A DNA stretch of 64,000 nucleotides from an uncultured Verrucomicrobiae bacterium (GTDB taxonomy: Bacteria; Verrucomicrobiota; Verrucomicrobiia; Chthoniobacterales; JAFAMB01), in the NCBI GenBank assembly GCA_963813025.1, contig CAWEXO010000005.1:64001-128000 (forward strand). Direction: 5' to 3'. This document shows positions 39,035-49,965 of this stretch, piece by piece. Position 1 is the first letter of the stretch, and each line of letters opens with the position of its first letter. The notes under the pieces are model-generated. The model had not been told where the DNA came from, did not search any database, and worked only from the letters and a program-made list of their open reading frames with translations. The position numbers and the translations under genes are program-made.

Positions 39035-39622
39035 ATGAGCCTTGCTTTGAAGGTGCCCTTGATGTCTTCACCTGCTGCAGTCGAGCCGGAGATCGAGTGG
39101 ATGTCGCGTATCCGGGGGGGTGACATGGAAGCCTTTCGGTTGCTGGTCGAGACGCACCAGTCGCGGGTGATCGGTACCATCAGCAAAATGCTGGGTTCGG
39201 ACGGCGAAGCTGAAGACTTGGCGCAACAGGTTTTTATCAGAGTGTGGAAATCAGCGCCCCGTTATAAACCGACAGCAAAGTTTACTACCTGGCTGTTCAG
39301 AATTACGCGAAACCTGGTCTTCAACGAACTGCGCCGGAGGCGCCATTTTGTGGCTCGAATCGAAGACCTGCCGGAACAAGCCGAGCGGGCCGACCGTGAA
39401 CCTGATCGGGTCATGCTGGAGGGTGAGCTGCAGGAAGCAGTCCAGCGCGCTATCGATCAACTGCCGGAAACGCAGCGCTTGGCGATCGTCTTACGCCGCT
39501 ACGAAGAGATGCCCTATGAAGAAATCGCCAAGGTGATGGATACGACGGTTCCCGCAATCAAGAGCATTCTTTTCCGGGCCCGGACGGAATTGCGCGAGAA
39601 GCTCGCCAGGTACCTGGAGTAG
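39035..39622 (+). CDS. ECF sigma-70 factor
   Basis: 'AEDLAQQVFIRVW', 'FTTWLFRITRN', 'YEEIA...KSILFRAR'. Confidence 0.92.
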   Translation: MSLALKVPLMSSPAAVEPEIEWMSRIRGGDMEAFRLLVETHQSRVIGTISKMLGSDGEAEDLAQQVFIRVWKSAPRYKPTAKFTTWLFRITRNLVFNELRRRRHFVARIEDLPEQAERADREPDRVMLEGELQEAVQRAIDQLPETQRLAIVLRRYEEMPYEEIAKVMDTTVPAIKSILFRARTELREKLARYLE

Positions 39623-39670
39623 TCCCGAGTGACGTGTCCCGAGTCCCGGGACCCGGGACTCGCGACTCCT

Positions 39671-41129
39671 TCAGCCAAGCTGCTTCTCCAGCACTTCGCC
39701 AACCAGATTGGGATTGGCTTTTCCCTTCGACAATTTCAGCACCTGACCTTTGAGGAAGTTAATGGCAGCTTTCTTGCCCGCACGATAGTCTTCCACGGAC
39801 TTCGGGTTGGCCGCAATCACCTCCTGACACAGCTCGGTGATCGCGTCAAGATCGCTCTCCTGTTTAATCCCTTCCGTCGCGACAATTTCCTCGGGCGACC
39901 GGCCACTGGCAAACATCTCGGCGAAGACCTGCTTACCTTGTTTGCTGCTGATGCTTCCGGACTGCACTAATCGGGCAAGCCCGGCCAAATGTTCGGGGAG
40001 AACCGGGCAACTCTCCACTGTTTGGCCCGTAACAGCCAGCACGCTCAGCAGATCGTTCAGCACGTAGTTAGCGATCAGCTTTGAGTTGTCGGCCGAGCGG
40101 GCCGCGCGCTCGAAATACTCGGCTAAGGGCAGATCATTTGCTAAAACGCCCGCGTCATAATCGCTCATCCCGTACTGTTGAACAAAGCGAGCCCTTTTCT
40201 CCCAGGGCAACTCAGGCATTTTCCCGCGGACGTCATCGAGGAAAATCTCACTCTTGACGGGAAGAAGATCCGGGTCAGGAAAGTAGCGGTAATCGTGCGC
40301 CGATTCCTTGGTCCGCATCAGGAAGGTCTGGCCAGTGTCATCATCCCAGCGGCGAGTTTCCTGCCGCAGCATTTCTCCGCGCTCCGCGGCTTCGATCTGT
40401 CGATCGATCTCAAACGCCAGGGCCCGCCGGACGCCACTGATCGAATTGAGGTTTTTCAGTTCTATTTTTGGGCCGAGTTCGTTCGCCCCGCGCAAACGGA
40501 CGGAGACGTTACAATCGCAGCGCAATTGGCCTTTCTCCATGTCCGCATCGCTCACCCCGCCATAAATGAGCGCCTGTTTCAAAGATCCCAGGTAGGCAAA
40601 CGCTTCCTCCGGACTCTCGATATCAGGTTGCGAGACAATCTCCATCAACGGCGTGCCCGCCCGGTTGAAATCGATGCCCGTCGCCGACTCAAAATGAAAG
40701 CTCTTCGCGACGTCTTCCTCCAGGTGGATTCGCACCAGCCGCACTTTTTTTCCCGGATGAGCAATGCTTTTTTGAGCATCTTTCGGATATGCCAGGTCAG
40801 CGAGAGGCACCTCTCCATTCTGACACAAGGGCCGATCATACTGCGAAATCTGGTAGTTTTTCGGCATGTCTGGATAGAAATAGTTTTTTCGGTCGAATTT
40901 GCAGATTTCGGCAAGGTCGCATCGGAAGATCAGTCCGGTGAGAGCGGTGAGTTTCAGAGCCTCCAGATTCATTACCGGCAAAGCGCCGGGTAAACCGAGG
41001 CAGGTTGGGCAGGTGTGGGTATTTGGCTCGGCGCCGTATTCCACGGCGCATCCGCAAAACATTTTGCTTCTGCGTCTTCAGCTGGACGTGCACTTCCAGC
41101 CCGATTGTGGGTACATAATCACTCTTCAT
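39671..41129 (-). CDS. gatB: Asp/Glu-tRNA amidotransferase subunit B; one extra base near 41069
   Basis: 'IGLEVHVQLKT' in one frame continues as 'KMFCGC...LPGALP', 'RKNYFYPD.PK.YQISQ', 'YRYFPDPDL' in another. Confidence 0.95.
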
Positions 41130-41140
41130 TCCAACCCAAG

Positions 41141-41264
41141 GAAATGCCACAAATCAAAAAATGCCACAAATGCCGCAAATAAAACTAATGCGACGAATGG
41201 AACCGCGGCCGCGGTGGTTCGTAAATTTGTGGCATTTGTGGCATTTTTTGATTTGTGGCATTTC
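41141..41264. repeat. Inverted repeat with 40-bp arms built from AAATGCCAC 9-mers
   Basis: 41141-41180 and 41225-41264 are reverse complements at 39/40 positions. Confidence 0.9.
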
Positions 41265-41275
41265 TCCACCTCCGG

Positions 41276-42103
41276 TTAGTGCCCGTTAACTGCGTACCGG
41301 AGAGCAGATTCCAGCTCATGACTGGAGAGCTGTCGCTGCACCTCCGGATCTTGGAGAGCGGCAATCACACCGGGATTTGTCAGGATACCGAGAAGATTCC
41401 CCCGCCGGGCTTGCTCGACCAGCGCGGGGTCCGACTGAAGCGCACGGACTTTGGAACTCTGCCACAGAGTTTGGAACCCCGGATATTCCACGAAACGCTC
41501 GATCGCGCGCGGATCGCTCACCAATTGACCGGCGAGCTGAACGTCGCGGTAGACCCAGGCCGGAACGGGATCGATCGCGTCCAGCACAGCTCGACCGACC
41601 CCCAGCTCCATCGAGGCGTCCAGCTTGGCTAGATTACGCACAAGCAGATCCGCCGACTGTCCCTGCAAGGCGGATTGTTCCCGGGCCATCCGGCCGGTAA
41701 TCCGGATCGCAATCGCGGCAAGCCAAAGAAAGATCAGACTAAAGAAAAGACCCAAGACCGCGCCGCCCAGACCGAAAATCAGCCGCGATCCAGCCGAGTC
41801 CAAGTCGCGGGTCCGCTTGAAAAGGATCTTGCCGGCGACCTGAACCGCGGTATACGCCAGGAGCCAAACGCCGAGAAAGGCGACGGGAAACAAAAGAAAG
41901 GCCGGCAGATGAGTGGCTTGCGCCGCGCTCTGAACGGCTACCGGGACACCGAATCGCACGGCAACGGCAGCCGCAATGAGGGCAACGGGTATAACCAATT
42001 GGCGCAGCAGTCCTTTACCCCATCCGCGGACGATGCTGATCAGCAGCCAAAGGGCAGCCACGATTACCATGACGTGCTGCCACTGTGGTGAGCCCGGTAT
42101 CAT
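41276..42103 (-). CDS. CvpA family membrane protein
   Basis: '[15 protein letters not shown]', '[10 protein letters not shown]' TM pattern. Confidence 0.72.
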   Translation of the reverse strand: MIPGSPQWQHVMVIVAALWLLISIVRGWGKGLLRQLVIPVALIAAAVAVRFGVPVAVQSAAQATHLPAFLLFPVAFLGVWLLAYTAVQVAGKILFKRTRDLDSAGSRLIFGLGGAVLGLFFSLIFLWLAAIAIRITGRMAREQSALQGQSADLLVRNLAKLDASMELGVGRAVLDAIDPVPAWVYRDVQLAGQLVSDPRAIERFVEYPGFQTLWQSSKVRALQSDPALVEQARRGNLLGILTNPGVIAALQDPEVQRQLSSHELESALRYAVNGH

Positions 42104-43209
42104 GCGCCTGGTTTAGGCGGCGCCGCCGGTATCCCTTGAGCCTGTTGGCGAAGGAAGTGGTCGCAAAGGACCAGATAACTCATCGCCTCGATAATTGGAA
42201 CGGCACGCGGAACGACGCAGGGGTCGTGCCGCCCACGCGCCGCAATTTCCGTTTCCGAAAGATCGGTCGTGACGGTTTTCTGAGATCTCAGAATGGTCGC
42301 GGTCGGCTTGAGAGCAACTCGGAAAAAGATGGTTTCACCATTGCTGATCCCACCCTGGATGCCACCGGAGAAGTTGGTCTGTGTGCGGATACGGTTCTCT
42401 CGGATCTCAAAGAGGTCGTTGTGCTCAGCCCCGGTCAACTCCGTGCCGGCAAAACCGGACCCAATTTCAAACCCCTTGGTCGCGGGAATACTGAGCATCG
42501 CTTTGGCCAGATCGGCCTCCAGCTTGTCAAATACGGGCTCGCCCAATCCTGGAGGAACTCCTACAATGACGCACTCGATCGTTCCTCCAACGGAGTTTCC
42601 TTCTTTGCGCATGTTTTTGATCAAGTCGACCATTCGCTCGGACGCGACCGAGTCCGGACACCGGACAATCGATTGCTCGACTTCTGCGCGTCCAACTCTC
42701 TCCGGATCGATTTGAGCGACAATCCGATGCACGCTCTTGACGTAGGCGATCGCGGTCAGGTCCGGGAGATGCTGGGCAAGCACCTTTCGAGCTACCGCGC
42801 CGGCCGCAACCCGTCCGATGGTCTCTCGCGCCGAGGCGCGCCCCCCGCCCTGCCAGTTTCGGATCCCGAACTTAGCCTGGTAGGTATAGTCGGCGTGCGA
42901 CGGTCGAAAAGTGTTTTTCATCTCCCGGTAAGCTTCGGGCCGGGCATCGGTATTCTTGACCAGGATTGAAATAGGCGTGCCGAGAGTCAGCCCCTCAAAG
43001 ATGCCGGAAAGGATCTGACAACGATCCGCTTCGGCTCGTGGCGAGACGATCTCGCTCTGGCCGGGACGGCGCCGATCGAGCTCTACCTGAATCTCTTGTT
43101 CGGTGATCGCTACCAGCGGCGGACAACCATCGATGACCACCCCGACCCCGCCACCGTGTGACTCGCCCCAGGTGGCAACGCGGAACACAAGACCAAACTG
43201 AGAAGACAT
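42100..43209 (-). CDS. aroC: Chorismate synthase
   Basis: 'GESHG', 'RPSHADY', '[10 protein letters not shown]', '[17 protein letters not shown]'. Confidence 0.97.
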   Translation of the reverse strand: MSSQFGLVFRVATWGESHGGGVGVVIDGCPPLVAITEQEIQVELDRRRPGQSEIVSPRAEADRCQILSGIFEGLTLGTPISILVKNTDARPEAYREMKNTFRPSHADYTYQAKFGIRNWQGGGRASARETIGRVAAGAVARKVLAQHLPDLTAIAYVKSVHRIVAQIDPERVGRAEVEQSIVRCPDSVASERMVDLIKNMRKEGNSVGGTIECVIVGVPPGLGEPVFDKLEADLAKAMLSIPATKGFEIGSGFAGTELTGAEHNDLFEIRENRIRTQTNFSGGIQGGISNGETIFFRVALKPTATILRSQKTVTTDLSETEIAARGRHDPCVVPRAVPIIEAMSYLVLCDHFLRQQAQGIPAAPPKPGA

Positions 43210-43299
43210 GATGCTCAGCATCGCCATATGCTCGCCGTGAGCAACTCACAAGAACAAAGAACGGAAAGCGGGGTCGCTTTCCGTTCTGACCATCTCGAG

Positions 43300-43403
43300 T
43301 TAGCAGACTGCGGAAATTCGCCATCGACGAAATCCTCCCCGATGATGTCTGGCAGAACGAGCGCGGCGGCCAGGTAGATACTGATCGCTTGCAGGAGGAT
43401 CAC
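43300..43403 (-). pseudogene. Possible fragment of a membrane protein gene
   Basis: Isolated 'ILLQAISIYLAAALVLPD' hydrophobic segment with no full ORF. Confidence 0.3.
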
Positions 43404-43571
43404 GAGTCTCCTGACATAGGGTTGTCACAAGAGGTTGCTACTTGGAGAAAAACCAGTGCTGACCGGGCAGGCAGAAATTGCCGAACATCCACGAGCAGCT
43501 TTCGACGTAGAAGCTGTAATTGAAGGATTTCGGTCGGCTTTTGACACCGCCTTGGAGGAAAACGACATATT

Positions 43572-44737
43572 ATGACGATGATTGCTTTAAACACACTCAG
43601 GGTTCCCGAGACTTTTCCGTCGTTCAGCTTGTCTCGACTGCTAAAAACTGTGTTTCGACCGCGCGCGGGCGAACGAGTGGCTTTGCTGATCGATTTGCCA
43701 AATCCCCGAGAGATCAACGATTTTGCATTTCTGAAGGACAGCTCGCGGACAACGCAACGGCTGGCGTACGAAGTCTTTTATAATGGGCTGCGCAACGGCG
43801 TCTTGGATGACTTGAAACTGACGGGTGGCGATCTGTTCGCTTATGAGATTACCGGCGGAAGTAACCTGGATCTGCCGGATGAAGCCTTCGCCATCGATGG
43901 AACAGAGATCAGCCTGGAAAAGGACGTTTATCCCAACTACGACCTTATCCTTTGCCTCTCAACGTTCTCTGCCACCGCGCCTTTGACGGCTTTTGCCAAA
44001 CGTTACAAATTCCGGGGCGCGACTCTGCATGGTTTGAACGAAACAATCTTGCGCACGGGATTGGCAGTTGATTACGAGCAGGTAAGCCGAAGCGCCGAGA
44101 AGCTTCGTCTGGGTATGACCAAGGCTGATTGGGTGGAGATCGACTTCGCGGTTGGCCGGCGAGCATTACACTCTGCGGCTTGAGCTCGGGCAGACAGGAA
44201 GCCCAGAAAAGCCATGGACTCTGTCGGGGCGGACCGGATGTAGCGAACCTTCCGGCCGGAGAGATTTACTTCGTACCAAAAAGCGCATCGGGAGCATTTC
44301 CACTGAAGTACGAGGATGGAACAATTGCGGTCATGGCCGTGCGCGGTGGCCGCATTGTCGAAGCGAAGCTGCTTTCGGGCACCCAGCAAGTAGTCGACGA
44401 GCACGTCGCCAGGCTGAAGTCGGACCCGGCAACCGGCGAGATTGGTGAACTCGGCTTCGGAACCCAACTGCTCCCGCCTTCCGGAAAAGACATTCAAGAC
44501 GAAAAGATTCTCGGCACCATGCACGTGGCAACGGGGCGAAGCGATCATTTAGGCGGACACCTTACTCCCGACAAGTTTTCCAATCGGAAAAATGCGACAC
44601 ATGATGATATCCTGTTCGCGCCCGAAAAAACTCCCGAGATCAACGTGCCACAGGTGCGGATGCATCGTGATGGCCGGACCGAGATTCTGATCGAGAACTT
44701 TGTGCCCGCGGAATACATGGCAGCACTGCTCGAGTGA
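43572..44737 (+). CDS. M29 aminopeptidase-like protein; frameshift near 44157
   Basis: ORFs 43572 and 44129 join; 'ANLPAGEIY', 'IGELGFG', 'DEKILGTMHVATGRSDHLGG', 'HDD'. Confidence 0.7.
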
Positions 44738-44811
44738 ATTGCGCGCGCCCAAAAGCACGGATATCGGCCTAATCCGCGTGCCCCTGCGGGCTTGCTTCGA
44801 CAGCAACGCAA

Positions 44812-45601
44812 ATGAGCAAAAGTCCGAACCGCCCGACGGAAGCTCAGACGAAGCTCGGTTATGAAACAGAGTCTGTTCTGCAAACCTACCTATTGTTTCA
44901 CTATGGTGACGCCGAGGAACAGCTCCTTTGGTCATTTGGACCGCGCGAAGCGCTGTTTTACCCGGTCCGTTGTGTCGAGGAGTTTGCACCTGGTCTCGGC
45001 ACCATCGGACGGGCTCTCGATCTCGGCTGCGCCGTCGGACGCTCCACGTTTGAGCTGACTCGATTCAGCGAGAGCGTGATCGGCATCGATCTTTCCCGGC
45101 GATTTATCGAAGCGGCAGAGGAGATCCGGCAGCGAGGTTCCATCACAATAAGACGGACACTGGAGGGCCATCGGGTCCAGATCAGCACTCACAAACTTGC
45201 GTCGGCGATTGACCGCGACCGTTGCCGTTTCGAAGTGGGCGATGCTTTGCATCTCCGGAAAGACCTTGGACGTTTCGATTTCGTTGTGGCCGCAAATCTA
45301 CTGGACCGTCTTCAGATCCTCGGGGACTCCTGCGAACACTGGCCGGCCTGACCTCTCCGGGCGGGCATTGCCTGGTCTCGTCGCCGTACACCTGGCTGGA
45401 GGAGTTTACGCCAGACTACCAATTGGCTCGGAGCAGGCTCGGAAGACGGACATCGGCACCTGGCCGGCTCTCCAGGCGGAAATGCGGGGATGTTTTGATC
45501 TCGTCCAGGTCAGGGATCTGCCGTTTCTCATCAGCGAAACTACGCGGAAGTACCAATGGTCTGTAGCTCAGGCCAGTCTTTGGCAAAGAAGGAGCTCGTA
45601 G
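44812..45601 (+). CDS. SAM methyltransferase resembling the OvoA C-terminal domain; two frameshifts (~45313, ~45414)
   Basis: 'YLLFHYG', 'RALDLGCAVGRSTFEL', 'ANLLDRL', 'SSPYTWLEEFTP', 'DLPFLI.E..RKYQWSVA' spread over three frames. Confidence 0.75.
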
Positions 45602-45606
45602 CCTGC

Positions 45607-45900
45607 AGCGTTTTCCTCAGCGTAGCGCGGACGGCCTCTCGTCCGTACCTTGGCCTACGCTGCTTGACCTCTTGCGTTTTGGATCACATCTCGATCTGGA
45701 TGAATAGGCCACCTCCGCAAGGCTACGGCGCGTACTTACAGGTTTCCAAAGTCCGACAGGCCCAGCCTCGTCCGTACTGGGGTGGCTGCGCCGCACGTCG
45801 CGCAGATCCTTGGACCGATGCGTTGGAGAAAGACGCACTCCTCCTCGGTCACGTACCAAATACGGACGAGGCCGTCCGCGCTACGCTGAGGAAAAGCGCT
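45607..45900. repeat. ~294-bp element with ~40-bp terminal inverted repeats (REP doublet or MITE)
   Basis: TTTTCCTCAGCGTAGCGCGGACGGCCTCTCGTCCGTA ... TACGGACGAGGCCGTCCGCGCTACGCTGAGGAAAA. Confidence 0.8.
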
Positions 45901-45906
45901 GGAGGC

Positions 45907-46455
45907 TCAAGGGACGACCTGCACCGGCACAACCTGTCGCATCCGGTCGTATCCAACGACAAAAGCCTCGAGTTGATAGGTACGGCCGGCAACCAGATCC
46001 CTGGTCGACAGAGCCCCAATAAACTCAGCCCGCTCCTGCGGATTGATAATCACATACCCGGGATTTTGGGTGACCGGCTGATCGTCTGACCATTGAACCA
46101 GCCTTTTGCCGCTCGCATCCCGAAGGATGAAGTCGAAATGACGGCTGTCATTAAATCGAAGATTGACGGTCTTTCTCGTCCGGTTAATCAGCAGCAAATG
46201 CGCCTCAATTGAATGCACCTGCGAGATCCGGACAACGTCCGGGTTCAGCTGCACCCGCATTTCCAATCCGTAGTAAACCGGCCCGATGATTGGACCGAAC
46301 GCGGAATATTTGGATGGCTTAATCGGTCCAGGAACCCTTCCGGCCGGGGTTGGGTGCTTATGGCCGGCAAACGGCACCCATCGATAAACGCCGCTCGACG
46401 AACAGCCGGCAAGCGCGATATAGATTATCGAGAGAAGGGTGACGCGGAAATTCAT
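45907..46455 (-). CDS. Lipoprotein with BsuPI-like (proteinase inhibitor) domain
   Basis: Lipobox LAGC; 'LINRT...V.LRFNDSRHFDFIL.D..GK.L.QWSDDQ'. Confidence 0.62.
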   Translation of the reverse strand: MNFRVTLLSIIYIALAGCSSSGVYRWVPFAGHKHPTPAGRVPGPIKPSKYSAFGPIIGPVYYGLEMRVQLNPDVVRISQVHSIEAHLLLINRTRKTVNLRFNDSRHFDFILRDASGKRLVQWSDDQPVTQNPGYVIINPQERAEFIGALSTRDLVAGRTYQLEAFVVGYDRMRQVVPVQVVP

Positions 46456-46523
46456 GGGAGACCGTTTACCGGAAGCGCCCGGTCCATGCAAATTCTAAGT
46501 GCTTGTTTCCCAAGGCATTCGGC

Positions 46524-47294
46524 CTAAAACAATCCGGTGACGGCGGGATCTGGCAGGTCCCATTTTTGCCACAGGGCCAGATATTCGGACCGAGGAAGGC
46601 AAGCGTAATGGGGATTTTCCGCCGCGCGCATCCAGCGAATCAACGAGATGAGATCCTGCTCGGCCATCGTCGTACATCCGGCGGAGGGTCGATCTGGTCC
46701 GCGGCGGATATGGAAAAAAATCGCGCTGCCATAGCCAGGGATGGGAGGATCAGCATTGTGCAGGATCTCAATTAGCCAGCGATAAGCAAAGTCGCCCTGC
46801 CGCATCCTCGCCTTGGAAAACCAGGCCGGCGGATTTGCCGGATCGACCAGGACATGGCGATTATAGTCGGGGCTGGCCACGTCGTCGACCCATGCATCCG
46901 CTGCACCAACTGTACGAAAAGGGTAGTCGGCGCCGGGAGGCAAAGCCTGATCGTAGGTGTAAATCAGGCCGATTTTAAACACCCCTGCTGGCGCGCGATT
47001 GTCGTGTTCGACCTTGATCGGACCTGTGCCTCGGCCGGTCAGTACACCGCGGCCCCAGGCAAGTCCATGTCTGCCGAAAAGCACTGGTACAGGTCGTCCG
47101 ACTGGTTTCCATTCCTGAGAAGCGCGCCCGAAGCGCTGCAGGACTCCATGCATCCCATTCCAGGTTGGATCGATTCCAACGATGAGCTGACGAACCGAAG
47201 AATCCAGGCGGTCCTCAGCATTTGTCGCGACCACGAGAAAAAGGAGAACGGCAAGGGATGCCAATACTTTCACGGCGAGCACAGTAGCCTGCAT
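46524..47294 (-). CDS. L,D-transpeptidase family protein
   Basis: 'K.E.D.RAPAG.F', 'WVDD..SP.YN', 'GSAIFFHI...SAGC'. Confidence 0.82.
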   Translation of the reverse strand: MQATVLAVKVLASLAVLLFLVVATNAEDRLDSSVRQLIVGIDPTWNGMHGVLQRFGRASQEWKPVGRPVPVLFGRHGLAWGRGVLTGRGTGPIKVEHDNRAPAGVFKIGLIYTYDQALPPGADYPFRTVGAADAWVDDVASPDYNRHVLVDPANPPAWFSKARMRQGDFAYRWLIEILHNADPPIPGYGSAIFFHIRRGPDRPSAGCTTMAEQDLISLIRWMRAAENPHYACLPRSEYLALWQKWDLPDPAVTGLF

Positions 47295-47413
47295 TGCTCG
47301 TCGGGCCTAGGCCCGACGAGCAATGCAGACTGTTGCATCACCATGAGAGCCAGTTGCGGGGCCGAGCTGATCATGCGGTTATTAGCGCCGAACGATCCCG
47401 CCTTTTTACCTCT

Positions 47414-48436
47414 ATGACACAATCTATTGCGCAGAAGGTTCGGCTCGCAATCGTCGGCGCTGGCGACATCTCGGTCGCACATGCCGAAGGGATCAAGGCT
47501 AACGGCGATGCCTTGGAGTGCGTTGCGCTGTGTGACATTTCAGAAGACAACTTGCGAGCGAGAAGCCAGCAACTCGGCGGCGTGGCGCTCAAATTCAATG
47601 ATTGGAACACGATGTTGCAACAGGCCGGCGATAAGATTGACGCCGTGATTATCTGTCTCCCTCATCATTTACACGCACCGGCCATCCTGGACGCGACCCG
47701 AGCCGGCAAACACGTCCTCTGCGAGAAACCGATGTGTATCAATCTGAAAGAGGCGGACAGCATACTCGAAGCGGTTGCGCAAAGCGGAATCATCTATATG
47801 TCGGCCCACAATCAGCTTTTCGATCCAGTCGTCCAGGAAGCGAAACGCTGGATCGACCAAGGCCGGATTGGCGCGCTCCGCTGGGTCCGATCCCAGGATT
47901 GTTTCATTCCGGCGGGCGAAGGTCGCTCCTTCCATGGCAAATGGCGAGCTCAGCGTGAGTTTCAGGGCGGCGGAGAGCTGATCGACACGGGTTACCATCC
48001 CTCTTACCGGCTGCTCTATCTGGTGGGTGCGCCCGTGGCGGCGGTCCGTGGAACGATGGGGCGTTTTGAACAGCAAATTGAAGGTGAAGATACTGCCTCA
48101 GTCCAAGTTCGTTTTGCCAATGGTGTTATCGGCGAGCTTCTGAGCTCATGGGCGATGGATCCTCCGTACGGATCTCATCAGATTCATGCGTGCGGGGATC
48201 AGGGTCAGATCTTTGGCACTGGAAACGAGCTGTTTTTCCTGCCGCGGGGATTTCAACAACCAGCCAAAATGCAGTTGCCCCAGATCCGGAGTTTCAATGC
48301 CCAAGTCGCTCACTTCGGTGAATGCATCAGAAATCGGCGACGGCCGATCCACTCAGCGGAAGAAGGCCGAGCGGTGCTGCAATTGATTCTCGAGGCCAGC
48401 GAAAACGCGGAAGGCTGGCAAAAGACGGCCCGCTGA
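47414..48436 (+). CDS. Gfo/Idh/MocA family oxidoreductase
   Basis: 'AIVGAGDI', 'GKHVLCEKPM', 'GGGELID.GYH'. Confidence 0.92.
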   Translation: MTQSIAQKVRLAIVGAGDISVAHAEGIKANGDALECVALCDISEDNLRARSQQLGGVALKFNDWNTMLQQAGDKIDAVIICLPHHLHAPAILDATRAGKHVLCEKPMCINLKEADSILEAVAQSGIIYMSAHNQLFDPVVQEAKRWIDQGRIGALRWVRSQDCFIPAGEGRSFHGKWRAQREFQGGGELIDTGYHPSYRLLYLVGAPVAAVRGTMGRFEQQIEGEDTASVQVRFANGVIGELLSSWAMDPPYGSHQIHACGDQGQIFGTGNELFFLPRGFQQPAKMQLPQIRSFNAQVAHFGECIRNRRRPIHSAEEGRAVLQLILEASENAEGWQKTAR

Positions 48437-48508
48437 TCTCGACCTGATTTGGCCTGGAACTGGTTCTTCCAGACTTGAACCTCTATACCGCAGCGGGCAT
48501 GTTTCGGT

Positions 48509-49327
48509 ATGCTGGATAAATCCCGAGCCGCGCTCGTCCTGGTTGGACACGGTTCGACGACAAATCCGGATTCGAGTACTCCGACATTCGCTCATGCCGA
48601 GACAATCCGAAAGCGAGTAGTCTTTGCGGAAGTCCATTGCGCCTTCTGGAAAGAAGAACCGAGTCTGCGTGAGGTTCTGCGGATGGTTGATTCAGACGAG
48701 ATCTATGTGGTTCCCAATTTTATCAGCGAAGGTTATTTCACGGAGAAAGTCATTCCGCGTGAACTCGGGCTGAACGGGGCAATTACCCGGCTTGGGCGCA
48801 AAACGGTCTGTTATTGCGAGCCGGTCGGCAACGATTCCCGAATGGTGGATCTGCTGCTAGGCCGAGCCAGGGAAGTCGCTTCTGATCTGCCGCTCGCCCG
48901 GTCGTCGTTGCTCATCGCGGGGCACGGAACGAGCCTGAATGAAAATTCAGCGGTCGCGGTAAAACGCCAGGTTGAGCTCATTCGTAAACGCGGCATTTTT
49001 GCCGAGGTGCTTGCGGTATATATGGAGGAGGAACCGAAGATTGAGCACTGGGATGCTCTCAGCGAGCAGCCATTCATCGTGGTCGTACCGTTCTTCATTT
49101 CCGACGGCCTCCACAGTTATGAAGACATCCCGGTGCTGCTGGGGATTTCGCAGAAGTCAAAGAGCGCAGCCAGTCAGCAGGAAGTTTTTCACCGAAATCC
49201 TTACCGGCTCCGCGGACGCACACTTTTCTACGCTAAGGCGATCGGCACCGCGCCGATGATGGCGGACATCATCCTTTCGACGGTGGAGCGTTTCGATGCC
49301 GAGCACCAGCTATCTGCGGCAAGGTGA
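48509..49327 (+). CDS. CbiX/SirB-family chelatase-like protein
   Basis: Two 'GHG' domains, 'AFWKEEP', 'VVPNFISEGYF', 'VVPFFISDGLH'. Confidence 0.85.
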   Translation: MLDKSRAALVLVGHGSTTNPDSSTPTFAHAETIRKRVVFAEVHCAFWKEEPSLREVLRMVDSDEIYVVPNFISEGYFTEKVIPRELGLNGAITRLGRKTVCYCEPVGNDSRMVDLLLGRAREVASDLPLARSSLLIAGHGTSLNENSAVAVKRQVELIRKRGIFAEVLAVYMEEEPKIEHWDALSEQPFIVVVPFFISDGLHSYEDIPVLLGISQKSKSAASQQEVFHRNPYRLRGRTLFYAKAIGTAPMMADIILSTVERFDAEHQLSAAR

Positions 49328-49965
49328 TCATCGACGCCTTTGAACAGCGGTTGCGCACCGGATCCTTAACGGTTGCGCAAGTGGTTGCCCAACGAACGAC
49401 GGATGGCGCGTTCGAATTAAGGCATCGCGCTGACATTGGCAGGCCAACGGCGGAACTGACTGTTTTTCGGTCCGCCGAAAAAGCTCACGAAATCGCCCGC
49501 TTCGATGCAAGCGGTGCTTATCGTCCACTGAAAGGCGCGCCCACACTCGTCCGTGGATGGTGCTTGCTTCTGGATAGCCCGCGAGACGCTCTGCAGGCGC
49601 TCGACTACTTGTATCCGGGGGCTTTCGCGAGCTGGATTCGTTTTTGCGCGGGCCAGGTCATCCCGGTACCGTTGCGAGAAACACTGGGGCGCCAATCCGG
49701 CCTGTACCGGGTCACCCAAAAAGCGACGGACGATCAGGCAAACGGATTAATTGGAAGATTCTGCAGCTCTTCCGGCGGTTGTCTGCGGACCATCGTCTGG
49801 ACAATTGAACCCGGGAAATCGATTCGCTCCTTACCCGACTCTAAATTCGATACCGCGAAGGACCAGGCGGGCGACCGAACCGACTCAATCCCTTTCCTTT
49901 GCGTGGAGGCGTGTAATCTGCTCGTTGCAGAACTTCGAAAAGTCGTCAAAGCAGTTAAACGATGA
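49324..49965 (+). CDS. DR2241-family protein (putative Fe-S domain)
   Basis: 'G.YRPLKGAPTL.RGW', 'LDYLYPG', 'RQSGLY', Cys in 'FC....CLR' and 'CVEAC'. Confidence 0.78.
   Translation: MIIDAFEQRLRTGSLTVAQVVAQRTTDGAFELRHRADIGRPTAELTVFRSAEKAHEIARFDASGAYRPLKGAPTLVRGWCLLLDSPRDALQALDYLYPGAFASWIRFCAGQVIPVPLRETLGRQSGLYRVTQKATDDQANGLIGRFCSSSGGCLRTIVWTIEPGKSIRSLPDSKFDTAKDQAGDRTDSIPFLCVEACNLLVAELRKVVKAVKR

Noticed and set aside
41060..41080. Programmed frameshift in gatB
   Set aside because: No slippery heptamer; similar indels elsewhere point to sequence error
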